From an uncultured Pseudomonadales bacterium (GTDB taxonomy: Bacteria > Patescibacteriota > Microgenomatia > UBA1400 > PJMF01), in assembly GCA_964519685.1 (NCBI GenBank), contig CAZFIY010000001.1, positions 1-27,963 on the forward strand: a stretch of 27,963 nt of DNA. Reading direction: 5' to 3'. The position numbers were made by a program, and so were the translations under genes. Below the pieces are notes generated by a model, which searched no databases, had not been told where the DNA came from, and saw only the letters and a list, made by a program, of their open reading frames with translations. Positions within the stretch are counted from its first letter, which is position 1, and each line of letters starts with the position of its first letter. This document shows positions 16,337 to 24,982 of this stretch, one piece after another.

Positions 16337-16345
16337 TGATATAAT
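16337..16345 (+). promoter_or_regulatory. Extended -10 promoter of tRNA-Val
   Basis: TGaTATAAT ending 13 nt before the tRNA. Confidence 0.7.
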
Positions 16346-16358
16346 CCCTATCTGATGA

Positions 16359-16432
16359 GGACAATTAGCTCAGTTGGTTAGAGCGCACGATTCACATTCG
16401 TGAGGTCACAGGTTCGAGTCCTGTATTGTCCA
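16359..16432 (+). tRNA. tRNA-Val(CAC)
   Basis: Cloverleaf: GGACAAT/ATTGTCC, D arm GCTC/GAGC, anticodon arm CACGA-TTCACAT-TCGTG, T arm ACAGG-TTCGAGT-CCTGT, discriminator A. CCA is not encoded. Confidence 0.97.
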
Positions 16433-16466
16433 CACATAAATATATTTATAATCAAGAAAGGCTAAT

Positions 16467-16898
16467 ATGACTTTAAAAGAACAACTAATGGAAGATATGA
16501 AAAATGCGATGAGAGCGCACGAGACTCTTAAACTCGATGTGGTACGCATGATTCGCTCAGAGGTGAAAAACTTTGAAATCGATAATGGTGAGGCTGATGA
16601 TGAAAAAGTACAGAAAATTATCAAGACTATGCTCAAACAACAAAAAGATGCTTTACTTGATTTTGAAAAAGCTGCTCGTCAAGATTTAATTGAGGAGACC
16701 AAGGCTAAAATTGCTATTTTTGCTTCTTATTTACCTACCGAATTATCTGATGAAGAACTAGAAAAAGTAGTCGCGGAAGTGATCGCCACTGCGACCAACA
16801 AGGACTTTGGACCTTTGATGGGTCAAGTAATGAGACAAGTTGGCAATCGTGCTGACGGTGGTCGTGTGACCGCAATGCTGAAAAAAGCTTTAGCCTAA
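16467..16898 (+). CDS. GatB/YqeY domain protein
   Basis: LKEQLMEDMKNAMRA, YLPTELS, DFGPLMGQVM, ADGGRV. Confidence 0.92.
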   Translation: MTLKEQLMEDMKNAMRAHETLKLDVVRMIRSEVKNFEIDNGEADDEKVQKIIKTMLKQQKDALLDFEKAARQDLIEETKAKIAIFASYLPTELSDEELEKVVAEVIATATNKDFGPLMGQVMRQVGNRADGGRVTAMLKKALA

Positions 16899-16932
16899 TT
16901 GTTCTTGGCGAAGCTGTTGTAAAATAAAATCA

Positions 16933-17577
16933 ATGCAAACTCAAACGGTTGGCGATCTACTGCGTAGTGCTCGAGAAAAAGCTCATTTTACTTTGGAAGA
17001 TTTAGCTGAGAGTACTCACATTAAACTAGAGTATTTAGTTGCACTCGAAGAGAATAATTTTGATATTTTGCCGGCAGCTACCTTTATCAAAGCCTACATT
17101 CGCAATTACGCGAGAGTTTTCAAATTGGATGAAAAACCTTTATTTGCCATTTTGCGTCGTGATTATGAAGAAAGTGTTAAAGGTCAATTAATTCCTCGAG
17201 AATTTCTTTATCCGCAACTGAAGAAAAAAACCCTCTGGTCGCCAATTCATTTGGTTTTCGTTTCTGTAATGTCGATTTTTGTTATTTTCTTTGCTTACGC
17301 GCTTTGGCAGTGGTTTCAGCTTAGTCGACCACCGGCTTTGGTTTTGACTACTCCAGCAGAAGATGCCGAAGTTTCTTCGAGAGTAATTTTTCAAGGCCAC
17401 ACTAAAACCGATGCTATTTTGACAATCAATGCGACCCCAGTGGCGCTGCGTGAAGACGGTTCCTTCGAAACAGAACTTTATCTTCCTCAAGAAGGAACTA
17501 ATACAGTCACCATTAAAGCCAGTGACAAAAACGGTAAAAATACTGTTTTGCAAAGAAATCTCCAAGTTAAGTTTTGA
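16933..17577 (+). CDS. RodZ-like protein: XRE-type HTH, one TM helix, C-terminal Ig-like domain
   Basis: VGDLLRSAREK...LEENNFDILPAATFIKAYIRNYA; TM SIFVIFFAYALW; GTNTVTIKASD. Confidence 0.8.
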   Translation: MQTQTVGDLLRSAREKAHFTLEDLAESTHIKLEYLVALEENNFDILPAATFIKAYIRNYARVFKLDEKPLFAILRRDYEESVKGQLIPREFLYPQLKKKTLWSPIHLVFVSVMSIFVIFFAYALWQWFQLSRPPALVLTTPAEDAEVSSRVIFQGHTKTDAILTINATPVALREDGSFETELYLPQEGTNTVTIKASDKNGKNTVLQRNLQVKF

Positions 17578-17608
17578 AAAAAATCTCAGTCTGTGCCACA
17601 ATGTTTGT

Positions 17609-17944
17609 ATGATGAATGAAATTTTACCCATTGTTTTAGTTGTTTGTTTGGTGGTGCTCACCATTGTTTTAGTGGTGGTGGCTATTAATTTGATTAGTGT
17701 TTTGATGGAAAGTAAAAAAATCCTCAAGAAAACCAATCTAGTAGTTGATAAAGCTAATGAGGTGATTGATACCACTCAAGATAAAATTACTGGTATTCTC
17801 AATCCTTTCCATAGTTTGAGCGCTTTTGTGACCAACTTCACCGCTGGTTTGAAGGTGGCTGAAGGTTTTATGTCTTTTGTTAATAAAGATAAAAATAAAG
17901 ATGTGATCGATGCAGAAAAATCAGACAAAAAAGACCGAGACTAA
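17609..17944 (+). CDS. Small membrane protein, DUF948/YtxG-like
   Basis: Long N-terminal TM followed by an amphipathic coiled region. Promoter TTGAAA(17574)-17-TGcCACAAT directly upstream, so the 17429 start is rejected. Confidence 0.7.
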   Translation: MMNEILPIVLVVCLVVLTIVLVVVAINLISVLMESKKILKKTNLVVDKANEVIDTTQDKITGILNPFHSLSAFVTNFTAGLKVAEGFMSFVNKDKNKDVIDAEKSDKKDRD

Positions 17945-18266
17945 CCCCTTATTATTGTTTGTTGGCGCCTTTAGTTTGGGCGCCATTTTTTCTTATTTTG
18001 CCAGTCCTTCAGGGAGTAAAAAATGGCGTCAACTCAGTGAAAAATGGGATGAAGTCAAAGAGTATCTTTGGAAACAAGGTTTGATTGAAAATAAACATAT
18101 TTCTTTGGAAGATTTTCGCCAACAATATTTGAAAAAATTAGCCACTTCTTTTCAGGACATGAAAAATACTTTTGAAAGTAAAAGTGTGGAAAAAGAACTG
18201 GCTCATCTTGCTAAATTGAAACGTCGTCGCCAAAGAAATCGCAAGGCAAAGTTCAAAGGTGTCTAG
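17910..18266 (+). CDS. Small membrane-anchored protein, YtxH-like
   Basis: LLFVGAFSLGAIFSYFASPSGSKKWRQL resembles the YtxH GxxxGxxxxxLxAPxxGxxxR pattern; basic tail. Confidence 0.6.
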   Translation: MQKNQTKKTETNPLLLFVGAFSLGAIFSYFASPSGSKKWRQLSEKWDEVKEYLWKQGLIENKHISLEDFRQQYLKKLATSFQDMKNTFESKSVEKELAHLAKLKRRRQRNRKAKFKGV

Positions 18267-18292
18267 GCTAGAGATCAGGTATAATAAAGCTC

Positions 18293-20194
18293 ATGTCAGA
18301 TTTATCTCTCATTCGACAAAAATATCTAACTTATTTAGGTGGTTTGGGGCACGCCATTGTGCCTTCCGCTCCTTTGGTGCCAGAAAATGATCCTACGACG
18401 CTTTTCACCAGTGCTGGCATGCAATCGATGATTCCTTATTTTTTTGGTGCTGCTCATCCGGAGGGTAAGAGGGTGGCGAATTCCCAGAAATGTTTTAGAG
18501 CCGATGATATTGATGAAGTGGGTGACAACCGTCACACTACTTTTTTTGAAATGTTGGGCAATTGGTCTTTTGGTGATTATTTCAAAAAAGAGCAGATTAC
18601 TTTGTTGTTTAATTTCTTGACTCAAGAATTGAAATTAGATCCTAACAAGCTTTATGTGTCAGTCTTTGCTGGTAATCAGGAATTGGGAATCAAGAGAGAT
18701 GATGAGGCGGCTTTATTGTGGCAAAAACTATTTACTGATGCCGGAGTAGAGGCCAAAATCATTGACAATCCTGAAGCTGGTTTGCAAGACGGTCGCATTT
18801 TCTTTTATGGTGAGCAAAAAAATTGGTGGTCTCGTTCTGGAGTGCCAGCTAACATGCCGGAAGGTGAGCCAGGTGGTCCAGACAGCGAAGTTTTTTATGA
18901 TTTTGGGGAAGTGACTAGTGTTGAAGCCGCAAAAATGCATCAAGAACACCCGTGTCACATTAACTGTGATTGCGGTAGATTCTTGGAGATTGGGAATTCT
19001 GTTTTCATGCAGTACCAAAAAACTGCTGACAAGTTTGTACCCTTAGCTCAAGCTAATATTGATTTTGGTGGAGGATTGGAAAGAATTTTAGCTGCTTATC
19101 AGCATCAACCAGATATTTTTAAAACGGTGGCTTTTTGGCCAATCATCGACAAAATTCAGTCTTTGACGTCTTTATCATATGAGGACGATGCCAACAAAAA
19201 ACACTTCCGCATTATCGCTGATCACATGAAAGCCGCGGTGATGCTCATGTCTGATGGGGTTTTCCCTTCGAGTAAAACTCAGGGTTATGTTTTGCGTCGT
19301 TTATTGCGTCGAGCTCTGCGTCAAGCTAATTACTTGAGCATTGAACAAGAAACTTTAGTGGAATTGGTGCCAATTATTGTCGAGATTTATGCAGATTTTT
19401 ATCCCGAACTCAAAACTCAGCAAGCCAACATTTGTCAATTAATTCAAGCTGAGCAACTTAAATTTAGTCGCAGTCTCAGTAAAGGTTTGAAGGAATTTGA
19501 TAAATTGTTGGAAAATCAAAGTGTGTTTACCGCAGAAATAGCTTTTTATTTATATGAAAGTTTTGGTTTTCCTTTCGAGATTTCTCTTGAGGAAGCGCAA
19601 AATCGTCACTTGCAAATTGAGACTGATTTGGAAAAAAAATATCAACTCAAAAAATCTGCTCACGCTCTCACTTCCAAACAAGCCAATCAAGCTCAATTCA
19701 AGAGTGGTTTGGCAGATGAGAGTGAAACTACCACTAAATATCATACCGTGACTCATTTGTTACATGCAGCCTTGCGTCAAGTGCTTGGCGAAAGCGTGCA
19801 ACAAAAAGGTTCTAATATTACTGCTGAGCGTTTGCGTTTTGATTTTTCTTATCCACGAGCCTTGAGTGAAGAGCAAAAGCAACAAGTGACTGATCTTATC
19901 AATCAATGGATTGAGGCTGATTTTCAGGTTGATAAACAAGTTTTAGCAAAAAAAGAGGCTTTAAACTTGGGCGCAATTGCTTTATTTGTCGATAAATATC
20001 CAGATGTCGTTAATATGTATTCAATTGGCCCCAACCCTCAAGGCAATCGCCAAGGCATTGACTACATTTCTCGTGAACTTTGTTCTGGTCCTCACGTTGA
20101 GCGCACTGGAGTGATTGGTCAGATTGTTTTAGCCAAAGAAACAGCAGTGGCTGATGGAGTGAGAAGAATATACGCTCTTCAAAAAATGCTTTAA
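18293..20194 (+). CDS. alaS: Alanine--tRNA ligase, short form lacking the C-Ala domain
   Basis: DPTTLFTSAGMQ, HTTFFEMLGNWSFGDYFK, EIGNSVFMQY, IDFGGGLER, editing motifs HTVTHLLH and CSGPH, GVRRI. Confidence 0.97.
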   Translation: MSDLSLIRQKYLTYLGGLGHAIVPSAPLVPENDPTTLFTSAGMQSMIPYFFGAAHPEGKRVANSQKCFRADDIDEVGDNRHTTFFEMLGNWSFGDYFKKEQITLLFNFLTQELKLDPNKLYVSVFAGNQELGIKRDDEAALLWQKLFTDAGVEAKIIDNPEAGLQDGRIFFYGEQKNWWSRSGVPANMPEGEPGGPDSEVFYDFGEVTSVEAAKMHQEHPCHINCDCGRFLEIGNSVFMQYQKTADKFVPLAQANIDFGGGLERILAAYQHQPDIFKTVAFWPIIDKIQSLTSLSYEDDANKKHFRIIADHMKAAVMLMSDGVFPSSKTQGYVLRRLLRRALRQANYLSIEQETLVELVPIIVEIYADFYPELKTQQANICQLIQAEQLKFSRSLSKGLKEFDKLLENQSVFTAEIAFYLYESFGFPFEISLEEAQNRHLQIETDLEKKYQLKKSAHALTSKQANQAQFKSGLADESETTTKYHTVTHLLHAALRQVLGESVQQKGSNITAERLRFDFSYPRALSEEQKQQVTDLINQWIEADFQVDKQVLAKKEALNLGAIALFVDKYPDVVNMYSIGPNPQGNRQGIDYISRELCSGPHVERTGVIGQIVLAKETAVADGVRRIYALQKML

Positions 20195-20206
20195 TTTTGC
20201 TTTAAT
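20178..20206 (+). promoter_or_regulatory. Predicted promoter for the intergenic RNA
   Basis: TTCAAA (20178-20183), 17 nt, TGc-TTTAAT (20198-20206). Predicted +1 near 20213 coincides with the first base of the long stem. Confidence 0.5.
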
Positions 20207-20212
20207 AGAGAC

Positions 20213-20378
20213 ATAAAGTTCTGCACTTTAATACAGTCACATTCAACTAAAATTGTTTGCTTTTTGTAAGTTAACAATCTTTGTCTCATTCAGTGAAGTC
20301 GCTGTTTACTTAGTGAGTGCCAACCTTTGCTAATCAGTCAGCTCCTTCAATGGACTGTATCAAAGTGCAGAACTTTAT
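20213..20378 (+). ncRNA. Candidate structured ncRNA (6S RNA-like rod); alternative: MITE-like element
   Basis: 20213-20238 pairs with 20353-20378 (25 of 26 bp), extended by CATT/AATG. Encloses an open central region and apical stems. Confidence 0.55.
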
Positions 20379-20397
20379 ATAATAAAAACTACACGAT

Positions 20398-22590
20398 ATG
20401 CCCGACCAAGAGAAGCATTATTTTTTTACTGTTCTATTGACTGATAAGTATTTACAGTCTTCTCTAGTGTCCAATAATGGCCAGGGTATTCAAATCAAAG
20501 AATTTTCAGAAATTAAAGCTTATTTTGATCGTAAAGATTTACTAGAACAACTTGACAAAAGCCTGCAGCAACTAGGTGAAGAATCTCAGGATGTGGTAGA
20601 AACTATCTTTGCCTTTGATCAGGATTGGTTGGAGGACGGTGAACTAAGTGACACTAAGAAGCCGATTGTCAAAGAAATTTCTGAAGAATTAAGCTTGCAT
20701 GCTATCGGTCAGTTCAGCATCCCAGAGGCCTTGGCGGAAGCGCGTCTGATCGGCGATGAAAATGATTCTTGTTTACTATTGATCTTCAAAGAAGACAGTT
20801 TCAGTCTGGTCTTTCTCAAACATGGAGAGTTCGTTGATTTGATTAATGTTGGTCGTTCTGATGACATTATCAACGATTTTACTGAGGCTTTGGCAAGAGC
20901 TGCCAAAAAACTTGGTCACGAAGGCAAGTATTTCCCCAATAAAATTCTCATGACTTCGATGGCTTTGAGACAAAAAGAGCTAGATTCACTACATGAAAAA
21001 TTAATTAAGGTCGATTGGACTAGTAATCCAGGTTTTACCCAGACACCCAATATTGTGGTACTAGAAACTGATTACATGATCAAATCAGCCAGTTTGAGTG
21101 CTGGCAAAATTTTTACCAAAGAAGCTTTTTTAACCACTTTGCCCAAAAACAAGCCAGCGAGTTTGGAAACTGATGAGTTAATTGATCAAGCAGAACTTCC
21201 TTCTGTGGAAGCGCCTGTAGTGCCATCGCCTCAAACACCTGAGTTAGGCGCAGTTTCAGCTGACGAATACGCGATTGAAAAGCCGACCGCGTCTAGTTTT
21301 GGAATTAACTTCGATCATAATTTTGTTGATAATTCAAGCAAAAACCAGACAAATCCATCTCTTGGTGTAGAAAATAAGGAGCAAGTTGAGTCGATCACTT
21401 CTCACAAAGATCATCGCAAGCGTTCACCCCTGCTTAGATTTTATTTGAATCATCAAAAAATTATTCTCATTGGTATGGCTACTGGTTTGCTGGGAATTTT
21501 ATCTATTTTTACTATTTTTGCTATCTTTTTTTCCAAAGTGAGAATAGTTTTAACTCCTCAGCAAATTTTATTGCAAAAAACTGCCACTATTGCACTTGAC
21601 CCCAACATTGCCAATTCAGATTTCAGCAAAAATTTACTCAAAGCTTCTTTGGAAAACAAAGAAATCAATGGTCAAGATGTGACTGCTACTACTGGAATTG
21701 GTTTGGTGGGAGACAAGGCTAAAGGAAAAGTAATTATTTACAATAAAACTTTAGAAAAAGTGAAACTTAAGCAAGGAACGATTCTGACTAGCAACAACAT
21801 TAAGTTTTTGCTTGATGAAGAGGTGGAATTACCAGCAGCTGAAGAAAAAGACAGTGGTTTAAATTACGGAAAACTAGAAACCACCGTCACAGCTAACGAC
21901 ATTGGTTCGGAAGCCAATTTTAACAAGGACACAAAGTTTAGAGTGGCTGATTATTTTGATGATAAATTTTCAGCAACAGCAGAAGATAATTTTTCTGGTG
22001 GTTCCAGCCGTGAAGTGAGAGTGGTGGCAGAAGTTGATTTGAATCGTTTGACCAAGAGTTTAAGTGACAAGCTATTCGAAGAAGCCAAAAAAGAACTAGA
22101 TCAGTCTTCCAAAGATGGGGTTTATCTAGTCCCAACTGGTAAAATCAAAACTCTTAAAAGCGATTTTTCTGCGCAATTAGGAGCTGAGACGGAATCACTT
22201 ACTCTAGATTTAACTTTGGAACTAGAAGTAGTTAAATATTTTTCAACCGATCTTAAAGATTTAGCTGCTTCGGTTTTGGAAAAGGAGCTGCCAGAAGGGT
22301 ATGTTTTCAAAGATGAGCCGTCTCTGATGAGTGACAAAGCGCAAACTGCTTCAGATTCTAGTAGAGTGAAATTAAATGCTGAAGTTAGTTCCAAAGCAGT
22401 AGCTAGTCTTGATGTGGATGATCTTAGAAAAGAAACTCTTGGAAAAGATTTGTTGGAAGCAAAAAACATTTTAGAAAACAAAGAAGAAATTAAACAAGTT
22501 GATTTTATTTTTACTCCGCCATTTTTAGCTAATATGTTGAAAAAATTACCTACTGATGAGTCTAGAATTGTGGTGCAAATAACTAAATAA
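20398..22590 (+). CDS. Single-pass membrane protein with C-terminal baseplate-J/gp47-like domain and uncharacterised N-terminal (possibly actin-like) domain
   Basis: TM IILIGMATGLLGILSIFTIFAIFF near aa 355-378. KAKGKVIIYN...GTILT...F...V.LP...G...VTA...G...N...FSGGS matches the baseplate-J N-terminal pattern as recalled. Confidence 0.7.
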   Translation: MPDQEKHYFFTVLLTDKYLQSSLVSNNGQGIQIKEFSEIKAYFDRKDLLEQLDKSLQQLGEESQDVVETIFAFDQDWLEDGELSDTKKPIVKEISEELSLHAIGQFSIPEALAEARLIGDENDSCLLLIFKEDSFSLVFLKHGEFVDLINVGRSDDIINDFTEALARAAKKLGHEGKYFPNKILMTSMALRQKELDSLHEKLIKVDWTSNPGFTQTPNIVVLETDYMIKSASLSAGKIFTKEAFLTTLPKNKPASLETDELIDQAELPSVEAPVVPSPQTPELGAVSADEYAIEKPTASSFGINFDHNFVDNSSKNQTNPSLGVENKEQVESITSHKDHRKRSPLLRFYLNHQKIILIGMATGLLGILSIFTIFAIFFSKVRIVLTPQQILLQKTATIALDPNIANSDFSKNLLKASLENKEINGQDVTATTGIGLVGDKAKGKVIIYNKTLEKVKLKQGTILTSNNIKFLLDEEVELPAAEEKDSGLNYGKLETTVTANDIGSEANFNKDTKFRVADYFDDKFSATAEDNFSGGSSREVRVVAEVDLNRLTKSLSDKLFEEAKKELDQSSKDGVYLVPTGKIKTLKSDFSAQLGAETESLTLDLTLELEVVKYFSTDLKDLAASVLEKELPEGYVFKDEPSLMSDKAQTASDSSRVKLNAEVSSKAVASLDVDDLRKETLGKDLLEAKNILENKEEIKQVDFIFTPPFLANMLKKLPTDESRIVVQITK

Positions 22591-22595
22591 CTGTT

Positions 22596-23537
22596 ATGTC
22601 AAAAAACCTCAAGATTAATAAGCGTGAATTATTAGGTGTTTATAGACAAGCTTTACTTAAGAATGTTCCATTAAGTGAATTGGATGAAAAAGTGGTGGAT
22701 CTCACCAAACGTAATCTTGCCAATCAAAAATTTGAGCATAAATTAGATGAGAAAATTAAATCTAATTTTTGGCAACGTATCCCTAAATTTATTAAATTGA
22801 GTGCAGCCGTTATGCCTTTATTGCTGATTTTGATAGGCATCGCACTGGCTGGTTCTGCGGCTTGGCCCATCATTGGCCAACTTTTACCTCGGGATAATCA
22901 CAATTCCCAACTTTTATCTCCCTTATCCAATACGCAATTAGCTCATGCCAATAATTTAGTTTTTGCCAAAGCCAATTTGGTAGAAGAAAATACTGCTAAA
23001 GAAAATGTCTTGGATGAGCCAATTATTTTAGATTACAATTTGGACTACACCAATTTAAGTAATTGGTTTGATGAGCAAAGCACTTCTTTTACAGATGTTG
23101 ATTATCAGGCAGAAGAATATAGACTGGATATTCCAGCAGTAGAAATTAGTAACGCCAAAGTTAGAGTTGGTGGGACTGATTTGAATAAGAGTTTGATTCA
23201 ATATCCTGGTACTGCTTTGCCAGGAGAACCTGGAGCTCCGGTGATTTTTGGTCATTCTGTCTTACGACAATTTTATAATCCAAGCGAGAAAAATTCTCGT
23301 CGCTATACTTCCATCTTCAGCAAAATTATGACTCTTAAAAATGGTGATAAAATTTATCTGACTTACAATAACGTCAAATATACTTATCAGGTGCAAAGCA
23401 ATACTGAGGTCCAACCAACTGACACTTTCATTTTGGCACAGCGTCATGATGCTAGACAGCTTAAATTAGTTACCTGTGTACCGGAAGGAACAGTTTTGCG
23501 CAGAGGAGTAGTAATAGCTCAACTCATTAAGGAATAA
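22596..23537 (+). CDS. Sortase
   Basis: N-terminal TM; catalytic His in IFGHS, Cys in LVTC, Arg in LRRGVV; PGTALPGEPG. Confidence 0.92.
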   Translation: MSKNLKINKRELLGVYRQALLKNVPLSELDEKVVDLTKRNLANQKFEHKLDEKIKSNFWQRIPKFIKLSAAVMPLLLILIGIALAGSAAWPIIGQLLPRDNHNSQLLSPLSNTQLAHANNLVFAKANLVEENTAKENVLDEPIILDYNLDYTNLSNWFDEQSTSFTDVDYQAEEYRLDIPAVEISNAKVRVGGTDLNKSLIQYPGTALPGEPGAPVIFGHSVLRQFYNPSEKNSRRYTSIFSKIMTLKNGDKIYLTYNNVKYTYQVQSNTEVQPTDTFILAQRHDARQLKLVTCVPEGTVLRRGVVIAQLIKE

Positions 23538-23953
23538 TGGAAAATTTTTTAAGCATCGATTATGGAACTAAGAGGATTGGTTTGGCTTTTAATATAGCGA
23601 GCTTAGTCGAGCCTCTTTTAGTTTTAAATAATCACGTTAGCCAACAAGAACCAATAGTTAATGAATCTGTAGTTGATCAGATTTCCCAAATTTGCACAGA
23701 GAAAAAAATCGCCAAAATTATTTTGGGTTACTCTGAGGCAGTCATGGCAGAAAAGACCAAGTTTTTTGCCGAAATTTTACAAAAAAAGATTGATTTACCA
23801 ATTATTTTTTCAGACGAAACCCTTTCTTCTTATGAAGTTGGACAGAGAATGAAAGAAGCTGCCTTTAGTTTAAAGAAACGCCAAGGACCCATCGATCATT
23901 ATGCCGCTGCTTTAATTTTGGAAGATTTTCTGGAGAGTAATCCCAGGCTATAA
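23537..23953 (+). CDS. ruvX: YqgF/RuvX family nuclease (pre-16S rRNA processing / putative resolvase)
   Basis: LSIDYGTKRIGLA, DETLSS, IDHYAAALILEDFL. TAATG overlap with the sortase stop. Confidence 0.92.
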   Translation: MENFLSIDYGTKRIGLAFNIASLVEPLLVLNNHVSQQEPIVNESVVDQISQICTEKKIAKIILGYSEAVMAEKTKFFAEILQKKIDLPIIFSDETLSSYEVGQRMKEAAFSLKKRQGPIDHYAAALILEDFLESNPRL

Positions 23954-24001
23954 TTTCCTTCTCATTAGCTTTTATGCTACACTTTAGTCTCATTTTAAAA
24001 T

Positions 24002-24982
24002 ATGCTTAAAAAACTGCCAAAATTTTTTCTTTTATTATTTTCTTGCCTTGTCATCTTAGTGCTTTTATTTGTTTTCTTTGTCAATCTTTTTCAAGCTCCC
24101 TCAAGCACTGACCAGCAAGCAACGCGTTTTGTCATTCCCAAAGGTCAAGCTTTATCAATCATTGCAGAAAGACTTGAGGAGGAAAACTTGATCAAAAATA
24201 AATGGGCTTTTCGTCTTGCGGTTTATAAAAATAATTTGTCCAATAAAATCCAGGCAGGTAGTTTCGAACTGTCAGCTGGCATGAACACTTGGCAAGTCGC
24301 TCAAGCTTTAACTGTTGGTACCAATGATTTGTGGATTACTTTACCAGAGGGATGGCGTAGGGAAGAAATGGCAGAGAGTTTAGCCAAACAAGGTTTAAAT
24401 AATTTCAAAACAGAGGAATTTCTTAGTTTGAGTAAAGGTTTGGAGGGTCAATTATTCCCAGACACTTATTTAGTACCAAGAGAAGTAACTAGTGCTCAAT
24501 TAATATCTTTGCTTAAAAACACTTTTGCCACTAAAGTGACTACCGCTATGAGCGAGGAGCTTGCAAATAATAAAATGAGTTTAAATGAAGTTCTAAGCTT
24601 GGCTTCTCTAGTACAGAGAGAAAGTGCCAATGACATAGAAATGCCACTTGTGGCGCAGATTTTGCTTAATCGTTTAGAAATTAATATGCCTTTACAAGTC
24701 GATGCAACCCTACAATACGTCAAGGGTTATAACAAAATAGAAGAATCTTGGTGGCAAACTCCGTTGGCAGATGACAAAAAATTAGAGTCTCTTTACAACA
24801 CTTACAAATACGCAGGTTTACCTCCTGGACCAATCTGTAATCCAGGTTTAGCAGCTATTAAAGCTGTACTTAAACCCAGTGCCACTAAGGCCTTTTATTA
24901 TATTCACGATAAAAGTGGTAAAATTCATACAGCCAATACTTTGGAAGAACACAATACTAACGTAAATAAATACTTGCGCTAG
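24002..24982 (+). CDS. mltG: Endolytic transglycosylase MltG
   Basis: N-terminal TM, ITLPEGWRREE, LEGQLFPDTY, ASLVQRES, LQVDAT, YNTYKYAGLPPGPICNPG. Confidence 0.95.
   Translation: MLKKLPKFFLLLFSCLVILVLLFVFFVNLFQAPSSTDQQATRFVIPKGQALSIIAERLEEENLIKNKWAFRLAVYKNNLSNKIQAGSFELSAGMNTWQVAQALTVGTNDLWITLPEGWRREEMAESLAKQGLNNFKTEEFLSLSKGLEGQLFPDTYLVPREVTSAQLISLLKNTFATKVTTAMSEELANNKMSLNEVLSLASLVQRESANDIEMPLVAQILLNRLEINMPLQVDATLQYVKGYNKIEESWWQTPLADDKKLESLYNTYKYAGLPPGPICNPGLAAIKAVLKPSATKAFYYIHDKSGKIHTANTLEEHNTNVNKYLR

Noticed and set aside
16430-16436. CCA not encoded on tRNA-Val or tmRNA
   Set aside because: Common in many bacteria; only implies a CCA-adding enzyme.
15153-16466. Possible integrated element at the tmRNA or tRNA-Val 3' end
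   Set aside because: No integrase and no duplicated 3' end seen; flanking genes are housekeeping.
925-17608. ORF-track 5' extensions (starts 925, 4051, 5227, 17429)
   Set aside because: They run through a terminator, a promoter or the upstream gene; downstream ATGs have better SD or -10 context.
17188-17775. 195-aa minus-strand ORF
   Set aside because: Antisense shadow of the RodZ-like and DUF948-like genes, mirroring their hydrophobic stretches; no motif.
20213-20378. T-box, SRP RNA or RNase P RNA as identity of the intergenic structure
   Set aside because: It is downstream of alaS and lacks the T-box GGTGGNACCGCG, the SRP GGAA-loop/AGCAG motif, and RNase P size and motifs.
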